A stretch of DNA of 64,000 nt from Enoplolaimus lenunculus (Eukaryota). The DNA lies in assembly GCA_030248215.1 (NCBI GenBank), contig JASANG010000641.1, positions 62,001-126,000 of the forward strand, written 5' to 3'. Made by a program: the position numbers and the translations under genes. Shown piece after piece: positions 1 to 12,500 of this stretch. The notes under the pieces were generated by a model. It saw only the letters and a list, made by a program, of their open reading frames with translations. It had not been told where the DNA came from and ran no database searches. Positions within the stretch are counted from its first letter, which is position 1; each line of letters opens with the position of its first letter.

Positions 1-330
1 TTAGTCGTTTTTTTTTCAGTGACACCCAATTCAAATTTGTCAGCGGGCCAATTAATTCGCTTTTAAAGCTACAAAGATACATGCCATCATAAGTGTGAAC
101 GAAGAATCACTTATAGTTTTTCCGCGTCTGTCTATAATGAGTTTCTTTCTTGTCTCGGTTTTATAAAATTTAAATGCAGCGTTCACAAACTTTCGTCTTT
201 GAAGTCGGTATTTAAAGATGTCTCAAGTAATCGGAAGTTAATGAGCCTAACTTCCGTTCAGAGACGGACGTACCAGGATTTAATTTTATGCATCGTTCAC
301 AATAAAAAATTTCATTTTGCTACTGAAACC

Positions 331-563
331 ACTGCAAGGTACGGTTAAAACGTGTCAATTTTCTAAATTGTCATGCGTTACACTCTACCCTAATGTAAAA
401 ATTTCGTTAACCCTAGTCTAACACATGTGAAAGCCCTATCCTATTACGTTAAAGTATATTTTGTAACACGCGTTAAAGTACGGTTAACGCAAGTTTTGCA
501 TTATGGTAGAATTAACGCATGACAATTTTGAAATTTGGCACGTGTTAACCCTACCTTATAGTA
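331..563. mobile_element. Palindromic MITE with imperfect inverted arms of about 100 bp
   Basis: AAGGTACGGTTAAAACGTGTCAATTTTCTAAATTGTCATGCGTTA is the near reverse complement of TAACGCATGACAATTTTGAAATTTGGCACGTGTTAACCCTACCTT. Confidence 0.75.
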
Positions 564-1642
564 GCTAAGCTTCCTTCCACCTACTTTTTTGCGTAGGCCT
601 CTTGTATGCAAATCGTTCAGATCGGATTTGAAAAAATTATTGACAGCAAATTATCTACTGAGATGATGTCAAAATTGTGATAAAATGCGTGTTTTACTGG
701 TTAATTGTTCAAAGTAAAAATGCCAGAGATAGCTTATTTTGACAGCTAAACGTTCTAAATTTTAAAGTTTATTAAATTTTCAACAAAACATTAATACTAA
801 GTCTTTATAAAACTGACATATTCGCAGACCTGTGTAGCTTTAGACTTTGGTTTAGGTTTACGCATAGGGTAGCGCTTATTGCAGTTCTTAAACTAGTGAC
901 CTGCGAAAATGGCAAACTTGAAATGTAACTTCTTAGCACAATAAACTGAACGCAGCAATCATGCCGAATTTCGAAAATGAAGCATATATTTGCTGATATC
1001 AGCACATATAATTTTTAAATTTCAGCGAATCTTTTTCTCAAACTTAGTGTATTTAGAATTTTCAATTTTAAAATTTAATTATTTTTCTGAATAGCAGCAA
1101 TCGGTAAATTTCATTTGCGTTGTTGACGCCCAGAAATTAGTAATTTTAATAAAATGGAAAAATAACAAAATGCAACAAATAAAAGGGCTCACCTTGGTCC
1201 TGTGTATATACACTGTAAATTTGTTTTGGTAAACAGCTTAGAATGTTATCAAATCATGAATTTCAAATTGGACCAATATCACAAGACCATCACAATCACA
1301 AACTTAAATAAATTTTTAAATTGCATTGTTCTCAGTCATTCCATGCAAAACAAGTTTTATTTATTGTTCTGCAAATCACAGTTTTACTAAAACTCAAAAT
1401 CTACTTCCGCCAAACCTATTTTTTCAGAATCTGTTGCCTGTTTTCTACGCCTCATCTTTTGCCAATTGATGTGCTCCAACAAGCGATTGGTGGTCAGAGC
1501 AAAACTGTTGAACGAATTTTTGTTTACGAAAAGTTTCTTTTGATTATTATTACATATTTATCAGAACTACGCAGCGGTTTCCGATAGTCATTTCCTTTTT
1601 TTCCTACATTCGTTTTCTTTTTCGCTTTTGTCTTTGTCGTTC

Positions 1643-4600
1643 TCATAAAACTTGTACCCGGCCTTTACCACAACAACTAAACCAAACTCGTGTGTCTGAG
1701 TACATCAACTCTCGTTGTTCAACCTGACCCGAAAACCAGTTCATCCTGCGGAAGGGAGCCAAAACAGAAAAATTCGTAACAAAGGACGTGGAAACTTTTA
1801 TATTAAATTTATAAGCCGATCCTCAACTTTTGCACAAGGCAAAATTCTTTTCTGCCAAACTGATCCGTTTCTGTCCCCCTTGAATACGGACCAGGGAACC
1901 AAATGGGTATATTTTATGTACCGGAACTGTTTATGAGGCAAACAGCTTCGGTACTGTTCTTTAGTGAAGGCGGTTGCTTTTGTATACCTGTTTGAGGGTC
2001 AACTTTAACGTGAGCGGCAACATAAAAATATATTGTGAACTGTTGATCTCACAGTACCTTTTATAGGACCAATCATCCACAATGTGTTTGAATGGAGTGC
2101 TGGATACCGGTATGATATGAGGATGCACATGCTAGCATCTTGGATAAATACATTTTCTTCTCTTTGGCCCAAAATATTTTCGACAGCATAAACGATTTCT
2201 ATGTTGAAAAAATTTTCGCTCGCCGCTACAGGTCTCTTTGTCCCATGCCCATTCATTTTTCCACGGTTAACGAATCATTTTTGGCCCATGCAAAAAGATC
2301 GGTGGCGGAACGCTTTTCTACGGGACTGCAATATAGTAAGCCTATAAGCTGTAGACTATTTTTGCTCAGGCTTACGTCTAGACTGTGGCTTACGTATAAG
2401 CTTCTTCACGCTAACGCTTAGCCTATAGAGACATGAACTAAGGTAAAGGCCCTGTTCTATACATTGGCCATTTTTCAACAGGAGTTGGAATCAATAATAG
2501 TCGCAGATAACTACGAGATCAGATTGTTGGAGCTGTTTCAAAAAGGATGTCATTGAAATGTTCAATTAACGTAAACGCTTTGTACAGCATTGTCAAACAT
2601 TTGAAAAACACACACTGCAGCTTAAGCTATGAAAAATCGGGCCCATGTTACTTTTAGGGGCGTCCACGTTTCTGGTGGGTCTATAAAAGAGTAAGTTTAG
2701 ATTCTAGAATACATTTTTTGCTTAGGCTTAGGCTTAGGCTTAGGCTTAGGAACACATTTTTGCAACGCTTAGGCTTAGGAACACATTTTTGCAACGCTTA
2801 GGCTTAGGAACACATTTTTTGCAACGCTTAGGCTTAGGAACACAATTTTGCAACGCTTAGGCTTAAGCCTAGGCATACGCTTAATCTACTGTTACACCCC
2901 TAACATTGGCACAAAATCGAATCAAGAATAGTTCACATTCCTTATGATATCAGGTAAACTCTTCCCGTTTTAGTTGAACGTGGAAAACTTGACTTGATCC
3001 GAAAAATCTTGCAATACAGTAAAATGCGCACCCTTCACCCCGTTAATTGATTTGACGTTAGAAGTAATTAGATTTCAGACGTAAAGTTTAGAAGCCAAAA
3101 AGTTCACTTAGATCGGAAACACGAGAAAATATACATTTAATACAAACGTTAACGCCAAGTTGTCATTATCATTGAATGTGTACAATACACCCAAATAACG
3201 GTAAAGAAATAAAGAGGACATGTCCTATAGTCTAACGTGGAGAAAATTTCGTTATCAATTAGTCCCCGTTTAGCTTGTCACTGTACTAACGAGGGTATCA
3301 CTGTCTTTATACAATCAAGCAGTCCTGTATTATTTCATTTGTCCATTTGTTTTCACAAAGCTGACTAGTGTTCACAATTTCATACGCCTACCCTGAGTTT
3401 CTCCAATTTCAATTTCTTATCCAAAGTTTCACTATCCTGTTTCCTGTATTGTGGTTTGATTTGTCAGATAAAACTCGAAAAGGCTGACGCATGAGACTTG
3501 CACTGTTTGCGAACCATTGAAATTCTCCAAAGCGAACACAAAAGCCACGACCTCCAACTGAGGTCAAAACCAGAATTTTTTATTAAGATTTTGTTCTAAA
3601 ATTGCGTTTGGTTTCTCGCTCGCTTCACCCGTAAGTTTTTTCACTATTATATATTGCGTCCCCGCTATAAAGTTCAGGATCGTGTTGCTGTAGTGAACGG
3701 GTTGTTTCCGGTACTCAATGTCGGGATACTGTCAGTTTTTTTGCCAATCTAAACTTATGACGCATTACGGTACACTAGAGTTCTAAACCGGATGTGAAAA
3801 ATGACACAGGGGTTACCAATGCTCTCTATGGTCCTGTATACTCTTCAAGCTACGGACCTTCTATAGTAGGTTTTGTAGGTAGTAATACCAAGTTGAAATT
3901 TGGGGCTTTTTCCGTTATTTTCCACACTCCGCAATTGCTTAAAAATGTTTCGATTAATAAAACTTTTGCATATGTTTGAGCTTCAAATGAACTTCACTGA
4001 TCATTCCGCTATTGATATTGAATTTTTAAGAAAATCTTTGAAGACTCTTTCTAATAGAATTAGACAATTTTGTATAAATACGTGCTAAAAATGACGGAAA
4101 AGATCACAAATTCGCTAACGACCAATTTGTTTACGAAAACCAGTTTTACGAGTAACCCGATAACCGTTTCGCGTACAACTTGAATCTTCCTGGTTTTTGT
4201 ACACGAATCCGGTTATCTGTTCACTGGTAGAACAGGTCGAATTCCCAGTAGAATTCTTCTTTGAAAGTGTAAAGCTAATCAACCAACGGCGAGGTTCCCG
4301 TTTGATCTTTACCGCGATTTCAACTTTAAATTAAACTAAAATTTCCCAACAGACATTCAAACGGTTGTTTTTCATTTATGGCTCGAACACAGTTCGCTGT
4401 GTGAGAATTTTTGATTGCGTGCTGCGATTTGTGAAGTAAAATTGAACTTCGTTCTCGTAAGCTTTTGCTTTAAAAAGTTGCAGGTGAATTTGTAGCGCTT
4501 GTTGAAAAATCACGCTATCAGGATTGAGCGATAATTGAGATTTTATTTCACAAAAAAAATTAGCTAAAATTTTAAGCTGTTTGAAATAATCGAGAATATT

Positions 4601-4676
4601 TGTTCACATCTGAACTAGCGCGATTTTGTAGAATTTTTGCTTCAGCATGTTATATAAATTGCGTGTTACTTTTAAA

Positions 4677-4719
<43 letters not shown>

Positions 4720-5781
4720 GCCATAATAATTTTAGATAACTGTTCAGTATTGCATTCATACAATATATATTTTTTCCGCGGTTCGAATTATTAGCGAATT
4801 TCAACTAGAAGTGATCTTATAGCAGAATTCTATGTCAAAAAAATTTCTGTTGTCCTGTCTATAACTATTTTTGCTCTTCTCTAGCAATTCTGGCGGTTAT
4901 GGATAATGTTACAGCAATAAATACCCGGAATCGGAATTTCTCATAGCCAGAAACCGGTTCGAGAATTTATCAAAGCCTAAACCCGTACCCAGACCGTTAA
5001 ATTTTCGGCAAAAAATACTCAGAATAATTCCTAACACCCGGACCCGGATGCAACTCTAGTTTTACGAGTCAATTTATTGAAGCATTAAACTTCATGAATG
5101 TATAGATCTCACGAGGTATAATAATCAGGTAAACGTAAGCGAAAATGTCAACGAAACTTTACGTACTAGCAACGAATGATGAAGGTAATTTGCGTCAAAG
5201 TTTCGAGTACAATAATTTAAGCTGTCACGCTGTGCTTTTGAGAAAAACGAATTTTTGAATTTTATATTTATGTTTCAATCATTGTTGTTATTGTTGCTGT
5301 TGTTGTTGTTGAATTAGTTTCATTTTTAATTGGTGGCTTGGCCCATGTTTACTTCGTCCAGGTTTCAGGTGGGTTTATAAAAGAGTGCGTTTCGATTCTA
5401 GATTACAATTTTTTTGCTTAGATTCGGGCTTAGGCTTAGGAACTCATTTTTGCAACGCTTAGGCTTACGCTTAGGAATACGCTTGATCTACTGTTACGCA
5501 TCTAAAAGTAACATTGGCCGGTGGCTTTATACTTGAACCAGAGGAACGTATAGAACGTATGGACGCGGGGGGTACATCCCCGAAAAAATTTCTGGATAGG
5601 CAAACTGAACACATCTTTGAACAGGCTGTTGAATAATCTTTTGGCTCTTACATCAGTAAAAATTTCCTCATTCTCCACGATCGTTCTCAATGCTTGAGCC
5701 TCGATGAATGCAATCGTCACTGCACTCATGGGTGCGCCACGCATAAGCCAAACGTCAACCAAAATTGCCGTTGTTCGAGCA
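1643..5781 (-). CDS. 3' part of a multi-exon protein-coding gene of unrecognised family; putative exons 5781-5576, 4323-4177, (3557-3502), 3436-3392, 2198-2152, 2099-2058, 1745-1643; 5' end not located
   Basis: AG/GT-bounded open segments join in phase to give ARTTAILVDVWLMRGAPMSAV...KFFRG / FEIAVKIKREPRRWLISF... / ...LEKLR / KSFMLSKIFWAKEKK / ITPFKHIVDDWSYK / RMNWFSGQVEQRELMYSDTRVWFSCCGKGRVQVL*. The last exon has a strong polypyrimidine acceptor. The 3557-3502 exon needs a GC donor and overlaps a repeat-like sequence, so it is doubtful. Confidence 0.5.
4680..4718. repeat. (AAT)n microsatellite; other microsatellites: (GTTT)n near 33975-34027, (TAT)n near 54163-54230, (TA)-rich near 6140-6200 and 15880-15930
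   Basis: Directly visible simple repeats. Confidence 0.95.
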
Positions 5782-7714
5782 CTGTATTCTTACTTTTTCT
5801 TACTATTAAACATTTTTACAGCATTAATATTTTGACCAAATTTTGTACTTTAATTTTGAATGAAATACGCATACGTAGGTTATGTGAAGTTTCAAAGTGG
5901 CGAGCAGTAGAGTGGTTCTGCGCGTTTGGCTTGAGTTTTACCTTACGTCCTTTTGGTTCAGGTTACGATGCAACTAGAAAAACCTCTAAATTGTAAAAAT
6001 AAAGATGGAATGTTATCGAATTTAGCCAATCAATACAACTTGCTGTTGTAGCAACATGTAGAGTTTAATCGAGGTACTGTTGTACGAAAGATGAGCACAG
6101 ATTTAGCAACCCTAGGCTTATCCTGCAAACAATAACGTTTATATATATTTATATATATGTATATATATTATTTATATATATGTGTGTATGTATATATGTT
6201 TACGTTTTAGTAAGTTTTAAATAAATAATTCAAACCAAACGCTAACATAAAATTTAAACTTTAAAAAAGGCTGCTCTGTGGTGATTTGAAAAGTTTGACA
6301 AGGGTTTACGAGTCATCGAGCTAAAGTAAAGTAGGTCAAACAATGCGGATCTTAAGAAAAAGTTGAGATGCTGCCAGTAAGAAAAAGTTGAGATACTGCT
6401 ATACTACGCTGAACAAACAGAATTATAGTTGGCGGCATGCCGAGGAATTAGGACTGTAGAGGGAGGCACCGAAAAACGGTTGGCTGAACTATTGAGTCTT
6501 ACGACAAAATTAGCAAATCGTTAGCGACAATTTAGTAAGGACGTAAATTCTAACAAAGTAGCAATGAATTAGGATTGCTAACTTAAAGCTGCGATGGTGT
6601 ACAAAGATTTGCAAGCGAAACTTGCAGTCGCTGTTTGTAAAACTACAAGTTTGTACAAATTGCTTTTCATGTTGTGTGCTGTGATGTTCGTGATTACAAC
6701 GTGTGCAATAAACTGCTAGAAGCTGTTCTGCAAACAGCTAAGACCCGTAACGAACACGTCATGCATGTGGATGCAAAAAACGGGCATAAGGCATTTCTAA
6801 ATAAGACAATTTTTCTTGGAGGGGTGACTGCGATCGACGTTTCCCCACACTTTATGTATTGGCTGAAAACGTGTTTGAACTATTATTTGCTACTGAAAAC
6901 TTCTGTAAAAAATTTGACAAGACAGACCCTGGAGTAATTGCGAAATTGGAGTCAAGCTATTTAGCTTCTTCCAAAAATAGACCATGAATGTTACGCATCG
7001 TACTGAGGGAGTTAGAGTGAATAGCTTAGACAAAGGCTTAGGCTTAGGCTTACAATTAGGCTTATGTTTAGGCTTAGGCTTACGTTTTTGGGCCTAGGTT
7101 TATTCTGAGATTTGTTTTGGCTTAGACAGGGCAAAGCCCCTACAGTTTACACTGACCATTGGTTGCATATCACCTAAAACCCCGATTAAGGTAAACCTGT
7201 CCATTAAAATAATGAATCATGTATATATGTAACGGCATTTATTTTTTTGTATATTAATAATGTATCTTAATTGTTAACATTTCATTAACCATTCTTTTTG
7301 TCTCGATTGCATGTTCACATGGCTATGGTTTTAGCTGAGGTCAAAATAGAATGGTGCTAAAGTACCTAAAACAGGTTCTAAAAATGGGTATACCTTGTTA
7401 ATATCGGGGTGCAGTATTTTTGTACAGTTGCTAATTGTACTAGAGTAAAAGGCAATAGTGTCAAGCTTTTCGCTAGTTTCGGTCGTGGTATTTGTTCAAG
7501 TCGTGCTCACGTGGCAAATAACTCGGCCTGGTCCAGATACCCAAATTACCAAATTTTAAGGACCTAAACGGAAACTTTGAAATTGGTTTCAGAGCCAACT
7601 AGGGGAGCGTGACCAACCTCATAAATCCCACCAAATATTGAGATCCGTACTGCTAAAGGATTATAAGTTTGCTTTCAAGAGGAAACCAAAGGCACGCCCC
7701 ATTCAGCAACAATG

Positions 7715-8006
7715 GCTTTTTGGGTGCGAGGAATCTGAATAAATTGTCTACAAACCCTCAAAACCGATAATCGAATAGTTAGCTAATACCTAATTTGCAT
7801 ATTAGCTTAATTGACAAGACAAAATTAGGACTTTTTAAATTATTTAATAATTATTAGAGTTAATGAAGGGTTTTTGGGTGCAACGAATCTGAATCAGTTG
7901 TTTACAAACCTTCAAACCCGATAAATGAATAGATAGCTAATAACTAATTTGCATATTACCTTAATTGCCTACGTGTGTTCGAATTGTAGTCCAACCACGA
8001 CTGGTA
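7715..8006 (+). mobile_element. Truncated second copy (3' part) of the HINE-like element at 39681-40622
   Basis: Two copies of the same roughly 155-bp unit and the same 3' end (TGTAGTCC..CACGACTGGT); the subTIR is partly deleted. Confidence 0.8.
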
Positions 8007-8369
8007 ATATGACACGTGTACTTACGTGGACTTCAACTCACAAGTCCGTGTCATGTAATATTGATTTGATCCGATCATATTCTATTGAGCTTTTGCAAAC
8101 GTGTCAGTGCCCAACTGTTTACAGATCTTATCTTTTACATGAATGATTCGAAAAAACGAGTGTCCTTACTTGAAGTTAAAATATTTATTAACCGTTTTCA
8201 TTTCAAGCAATACATTATTTATCTGCTTAAAATAATCCTAAGAACACTGACGCGAAAACCACACCGTAGTGGGTAGGCGTTAAAAATGCGGGGATGCTTT
8301 GAGTAAACATACTTAACAAAAATTAGCATTTTATCAAAACAGTGACTGATAAGTAGGAGTGTGTGTGGT

Positions 8370-8578
8370 CACTGCAAAATAATGGTGAGTCAAATTGACT
8401 CTGTCCGAAGCACGCTCTATGGGACTTACGCAAACGGAGTCAAATTCGATTCCGTCAGAGTCAAACATGCGACTCAGAGAGTTGAATTTGACTGGCGGAA
8501 TAGAATTTGACTGAGTTTGTGTAGTCCCGTAGAGCCTATTTCGGAGACAGTCAATTTGAATCACCATTTTTGGCAGTG
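8370..8578. mobile_element. CACTG-terminal MITE with GAGTC/GACTC-rich interior; a structurally similar element lies at about 19359-19600
   Basis: Imperfect TIRs of about 55 bp: CACTGCAAAATAATGGTGAGTCAAATTGACT / AGTCAATTTGAATCACCATTTTTGGCAGTG. Confidence 0.7.
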
Positions 8579-8922
8579 TATGAATTGCCAATTTTGATAA
8601 CTACTCTTTGGTTTTAGCATGAAATGTGTATAAGTTTATAGCGATTTACCACCGGTTGCAAGCAAGAAAACTGTAAGGTTTTGCACCATAAACGGGCACA
8701 GGAGATCTTGATTTGAACGCTATTTCAAAGCTGTTAACCGTAATCAGTTTGCGTAGAGTTGGCGATGAGATTCGAAAATTCTTTTTCCAGCTTACATCTA
8801 CGCTTAACGAAAAAAATCCCTGATAGGAAAAACTGCGTTCGGCCAAGGAAGACTTAACTTGGTTAACGTTAGTTAGTTTAAACGACCTTACGAATAATTT
8901 AATGGCCGTTGAAGTTCAATAA

Positions 8923-9120
8923 AGCCCTATTCACACGTGCAAGTTTCATCGAACTTGTATGGTTATTCACACATGTGAACTCTAAATTCTTAGCTTTGAT
9001 TTTTAATGAATTGTTTGCAGCTGCAAGTTTTTCGAACGGGATTTTGGACAAAACTTGCAAGTGCAAGTTGGTTGCAGCTGCAAGTTCTCGCAGCAAAAAC
9101 TTGCACGTGTGAATATAGTT
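8923..9120. mobile_element. Harbinger-like MITE; fragment at about 16528-16600
   Basis: TIR AGCCCTATTCACACGTGCAAGTTT / AAACTTGCACGTGTGAATATAGTT flanked by TAA on both sides; internal TGCAAG repeats. Confidence 0.7.
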
Positions 9121-9428
9121 TAAATCAAGTTGAAGGAGATTTTTTGATTAATCTAAGAAAGTAACGTACTAACATCAATTGGCTCTAGGTTGTACATATA
9201 GTCTAAGATTTAGGCAACTTAATGCTTTAGCTATTTAATTTTAACGTTTTGACGTTCACAAATTTGCAACTAATAAAATTAAGTGTTTAATCAAATTGCA
9301 TTTTGACCTGACAGCTCACAATTTTGATCAATGTCACCCTTGGGACAGGTGTGTAAAATTTCCTTGGTTGAGCCATTCAATTTAGGTTTTCAATTGTCAA
9401 AACGGGTCAAGGATATATAACATCGCTA

Positions 9429-9588
9429 CATGCCCGTAGCCAGCTCAACTTGCTGGGGGGACTAAAAATTTTTAGGAGGGACATTCAAGGATGTTTAATG
9501 ACTTGCAAGCAAGGTTGAAATTTTCTAGAAGGAGCCAAAACTTTTTCAGGGGACTGAGCCCCCCCTGCCCCCCTTGGCTACGGGCTCA
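9429..9588. mobile_element. hAT-like MITE; a similar-ended element lies at about 38027-38305
   Basis: TIR CATGCCCGTAGCC / GGCTACGGGCTCA with an exact 8-bp TSD CATCGCTA (9421-9428 and 9589-9596). Confidence 0.8.
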
Positions 9589-12500
9589 CATCGCTAGCAA
9601 CAGTGTGGCCATAATTTGATTTTAGGAGGATATAACGTCACGCTAAATGTTTTTCACGAACAAGCCAGAGCGAGCGAGAAATATTGTTTCAACCTCATGA
9701 ATCCAGAACGTTATTCTAAAGCGAGTAAAAGTGTCTTTTTATTTTTTTAATAATTTAGGAAGGATATATCACTGCTTATTTCTCCGGTCATGCCCCGCCT
9801 CTGAGCTAAAATTATAACTGAGACACTAGAGGCGTGAGTCACTATTTTGGCGTGCCACGTCAAAAACGCTTCGGGATATCAAGAGGCCTCGGCCTCGTTT
9901 TTGAGCTGTGGGTATCACACTTCTTGACATCCATTGCTTTTTGACGTGGATATCAGAATGGCAAAGTTCAAATATACCCATTATTTTGGTGTATAACTTA
10001 ATGTGTTGCTGTGCTGTGTCATACTTGTTTCAAACTTGATAGGCCAGGTGTTTTAATTTTGTTTGCAATAATTTCTTTAAACCATATGACCATATTGTCA
10101 AACGTGTGTTGCACCTATCACCAGATGGCAATATGCGTTTTAACTGCCGAGTTAGCAAACATTCATTCGATATGCCTTAACCTCTGGGCACATTTTGAAA
10201 TCTTAACTGATGATAGGCGCTATACGCATTTGAGAATATGGACCCTAACTTCGGGACTTTGTTCTAGGATCGATCTAGAGTATCACGAAATCCGTCTTTC
10301 GCCTGTTGCCCATTGTTGTCTTGGAACAAGTTCCGGTAATCACAGGGGCGGAACGTTTTTCTGCGGGACCAGAAAACAGTAAGCTTAAGCTTTAGACTAT
10401 TTTTTGCTTGGCTTAGTCTTCGGCTTAGACTTCGATAAGTATGCTTATAAATACTGTTCCGCCCCTTTTTTTACATTGGATAAAAATATTTACAAACTTC
10501 GTTATATGGTGCACAATTGCAAACCTTAATTTTCCTGCGCCCGGAAGTAAACGACCGAAAATCATCGAGGGTGGAAGTCTATTCAGTCGTCATATAAGGT
10601 TTTGCCATCTCCTGCTATATTAAGTTGCACAAGATACGCAGTTAATTCAAAATATGAATAAATCTTGTCGTAAATCTGTCTACTTAATAAAGCCAAAATT
10701 TGTCAAATTTTATCTCGTTGAAGATTTAGGTTTGCCAAATTCAGCCAACTGTTTGCTTTACGTCTTGCAATTTTCGTGGGTATTTAACTGGTCAACTGTG
10801 TTCTCTGCGCCAAAGCTCTGTTTGATGATCGTAATTCAATAGCCATAGATTTTAATGGTGAATTTACAGACACTGCGTCTTTTCCGTCTAGCCAAAGTTA
10901 ACCGAGTTACAGTTTGAAGTGGTCAATATGCAAATTATTATTCTGTCGTACGCGTGGACGCTTTCATCGAGAGGATAATGTGCCGTTAATGAGTTTAAGT
11001 AATAGTTAGCTTTGAAAACGCAAAAGCATAGCGTGGTAAGATAATAAAAATATATTTCAAATCCTCAAAAATTTCAACCTCATAACTTCTAAATCTTTAA
11101 ATTTAAAAGTTTCGGCCCATGCAAACATTAAGGGCGGAACGTTTTTCGGTGGCACTGCAATTGAGAAAGTTTAAGCTTTAGGCTTTTTTCTGCTCTGGTT
11201 TAGGCTTAGGCTTAGGAATAAACTCATTCTTACGATTAAGTTTAGGCTTAGGCTTGGGCTTACGAATATACTTATAATGCTGTTCAGACCCTGTTGTTTA
11301 CATTGGCCGTAGTTTCTAGTATATGTCAATTTTAAGAAAATGTAACATCATATATTACATTAACTGCTCTTGGGAAGATATATACCTTAAGCTCTGATAA
11401 CGAGTTAAGCATTATCCGCTCTACGAGCAAAAGGGCTCCAGTGAAGGAACATCGCAAAGGTTTTTAAATTCTCATTAATTAAGATCGCACAATTTGCATA
11501 AAATCTTCAGACTTGCAAAACATAGGTTTACAGACACTCGAGAATCCAAGGGATACACACAAGCCATAACTCTCATCAGGGATCAAAACCAATTTTTTCG
11601 AGCGCTAAAATTCCGTTTGGATTCTGGTTCGCTTCAATCGAGAGTTGTTTCACTACAATAGTGAACCGAATAAGTGGACGGACTGATATTTATTTTACCA
11701 CTCCTAAGTTACTCTCCTGTTATTCGGTTACGGGCTGTTATGTATTTTTATTTCCCTCGATATAGGTGGACCCAACGCCTTTTTTATATTCTTTCTTTTG
11801 GGCAAAACTGAATTGCTCCGAAGGATTGTTTTTTATTGCATAGTCCGTTATTCGTTCTTTTTCTGGATTTAATAAGTTTATGCTGGTTGTCTGAGTGTCT
11901 GTTGCATTTTTATGAAAGGACTTAGGACTCTATCCACTAACAGGCTCTAATTTGTGATACAAACCCTATTGATTGAGACTCCAAATGGGGAACCCCCTCT
12001 AATACCTCACACTGTAACATATCGACCCCCTGTCAGAAGTTTCTATTTCTCCAAGAATGGCCTCAATTATATATGTATATTTTAAGACAAGTAAGTGTCG
12101 ACGTCTACGAGATTTATTGAGATAACAAAGCTTGATTAAGAAAAGTTTGCCGTCTTCATACAAATCACACTACCTGTGGCTGCTCGCAAGACGGAATTTT
12201 GAATTCGCCTCTGAAGATGACTTACTTCATCAATTTATAAATCAAAACGATTTAAATTGACCAGAAAATCACACTAGCTATGTATTTAAATACAGCTTGA
12301 GCTGCGCGTATAATTTATGCACGGCTTAAAACTGTCTATGACGACGGCTGTGGGAGGGATATTTTAAGTAGCTTAGCCGGGTCGCACTTGTCTGGTTTGT
12401 GGAATCATAAATCGCCGTTTAATCTGACGAGGAAACTCAGTGATGTTGAATTCTGGAATTTTAAGTTACCGCTCGTAAGCTTTAAGATGTAAAGATAGCG

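Noticed and set aside
4600..4804. Poly-Ile/poly-Leu ORFs (also the N-terminal part of ORF 54153-54455)
   Set aside because: They are translations of AAT/TAT microsatellites; only 54275-54451 is a real exon.
2058..10600. TAG stop-codon reassignment, suggested by several protein-like frames broken by a single TAG
   Set aside because: These are explained by TAG splice acceptors or chance. The long coding exons contain no in-frame TAG and separase terminates at TAG.
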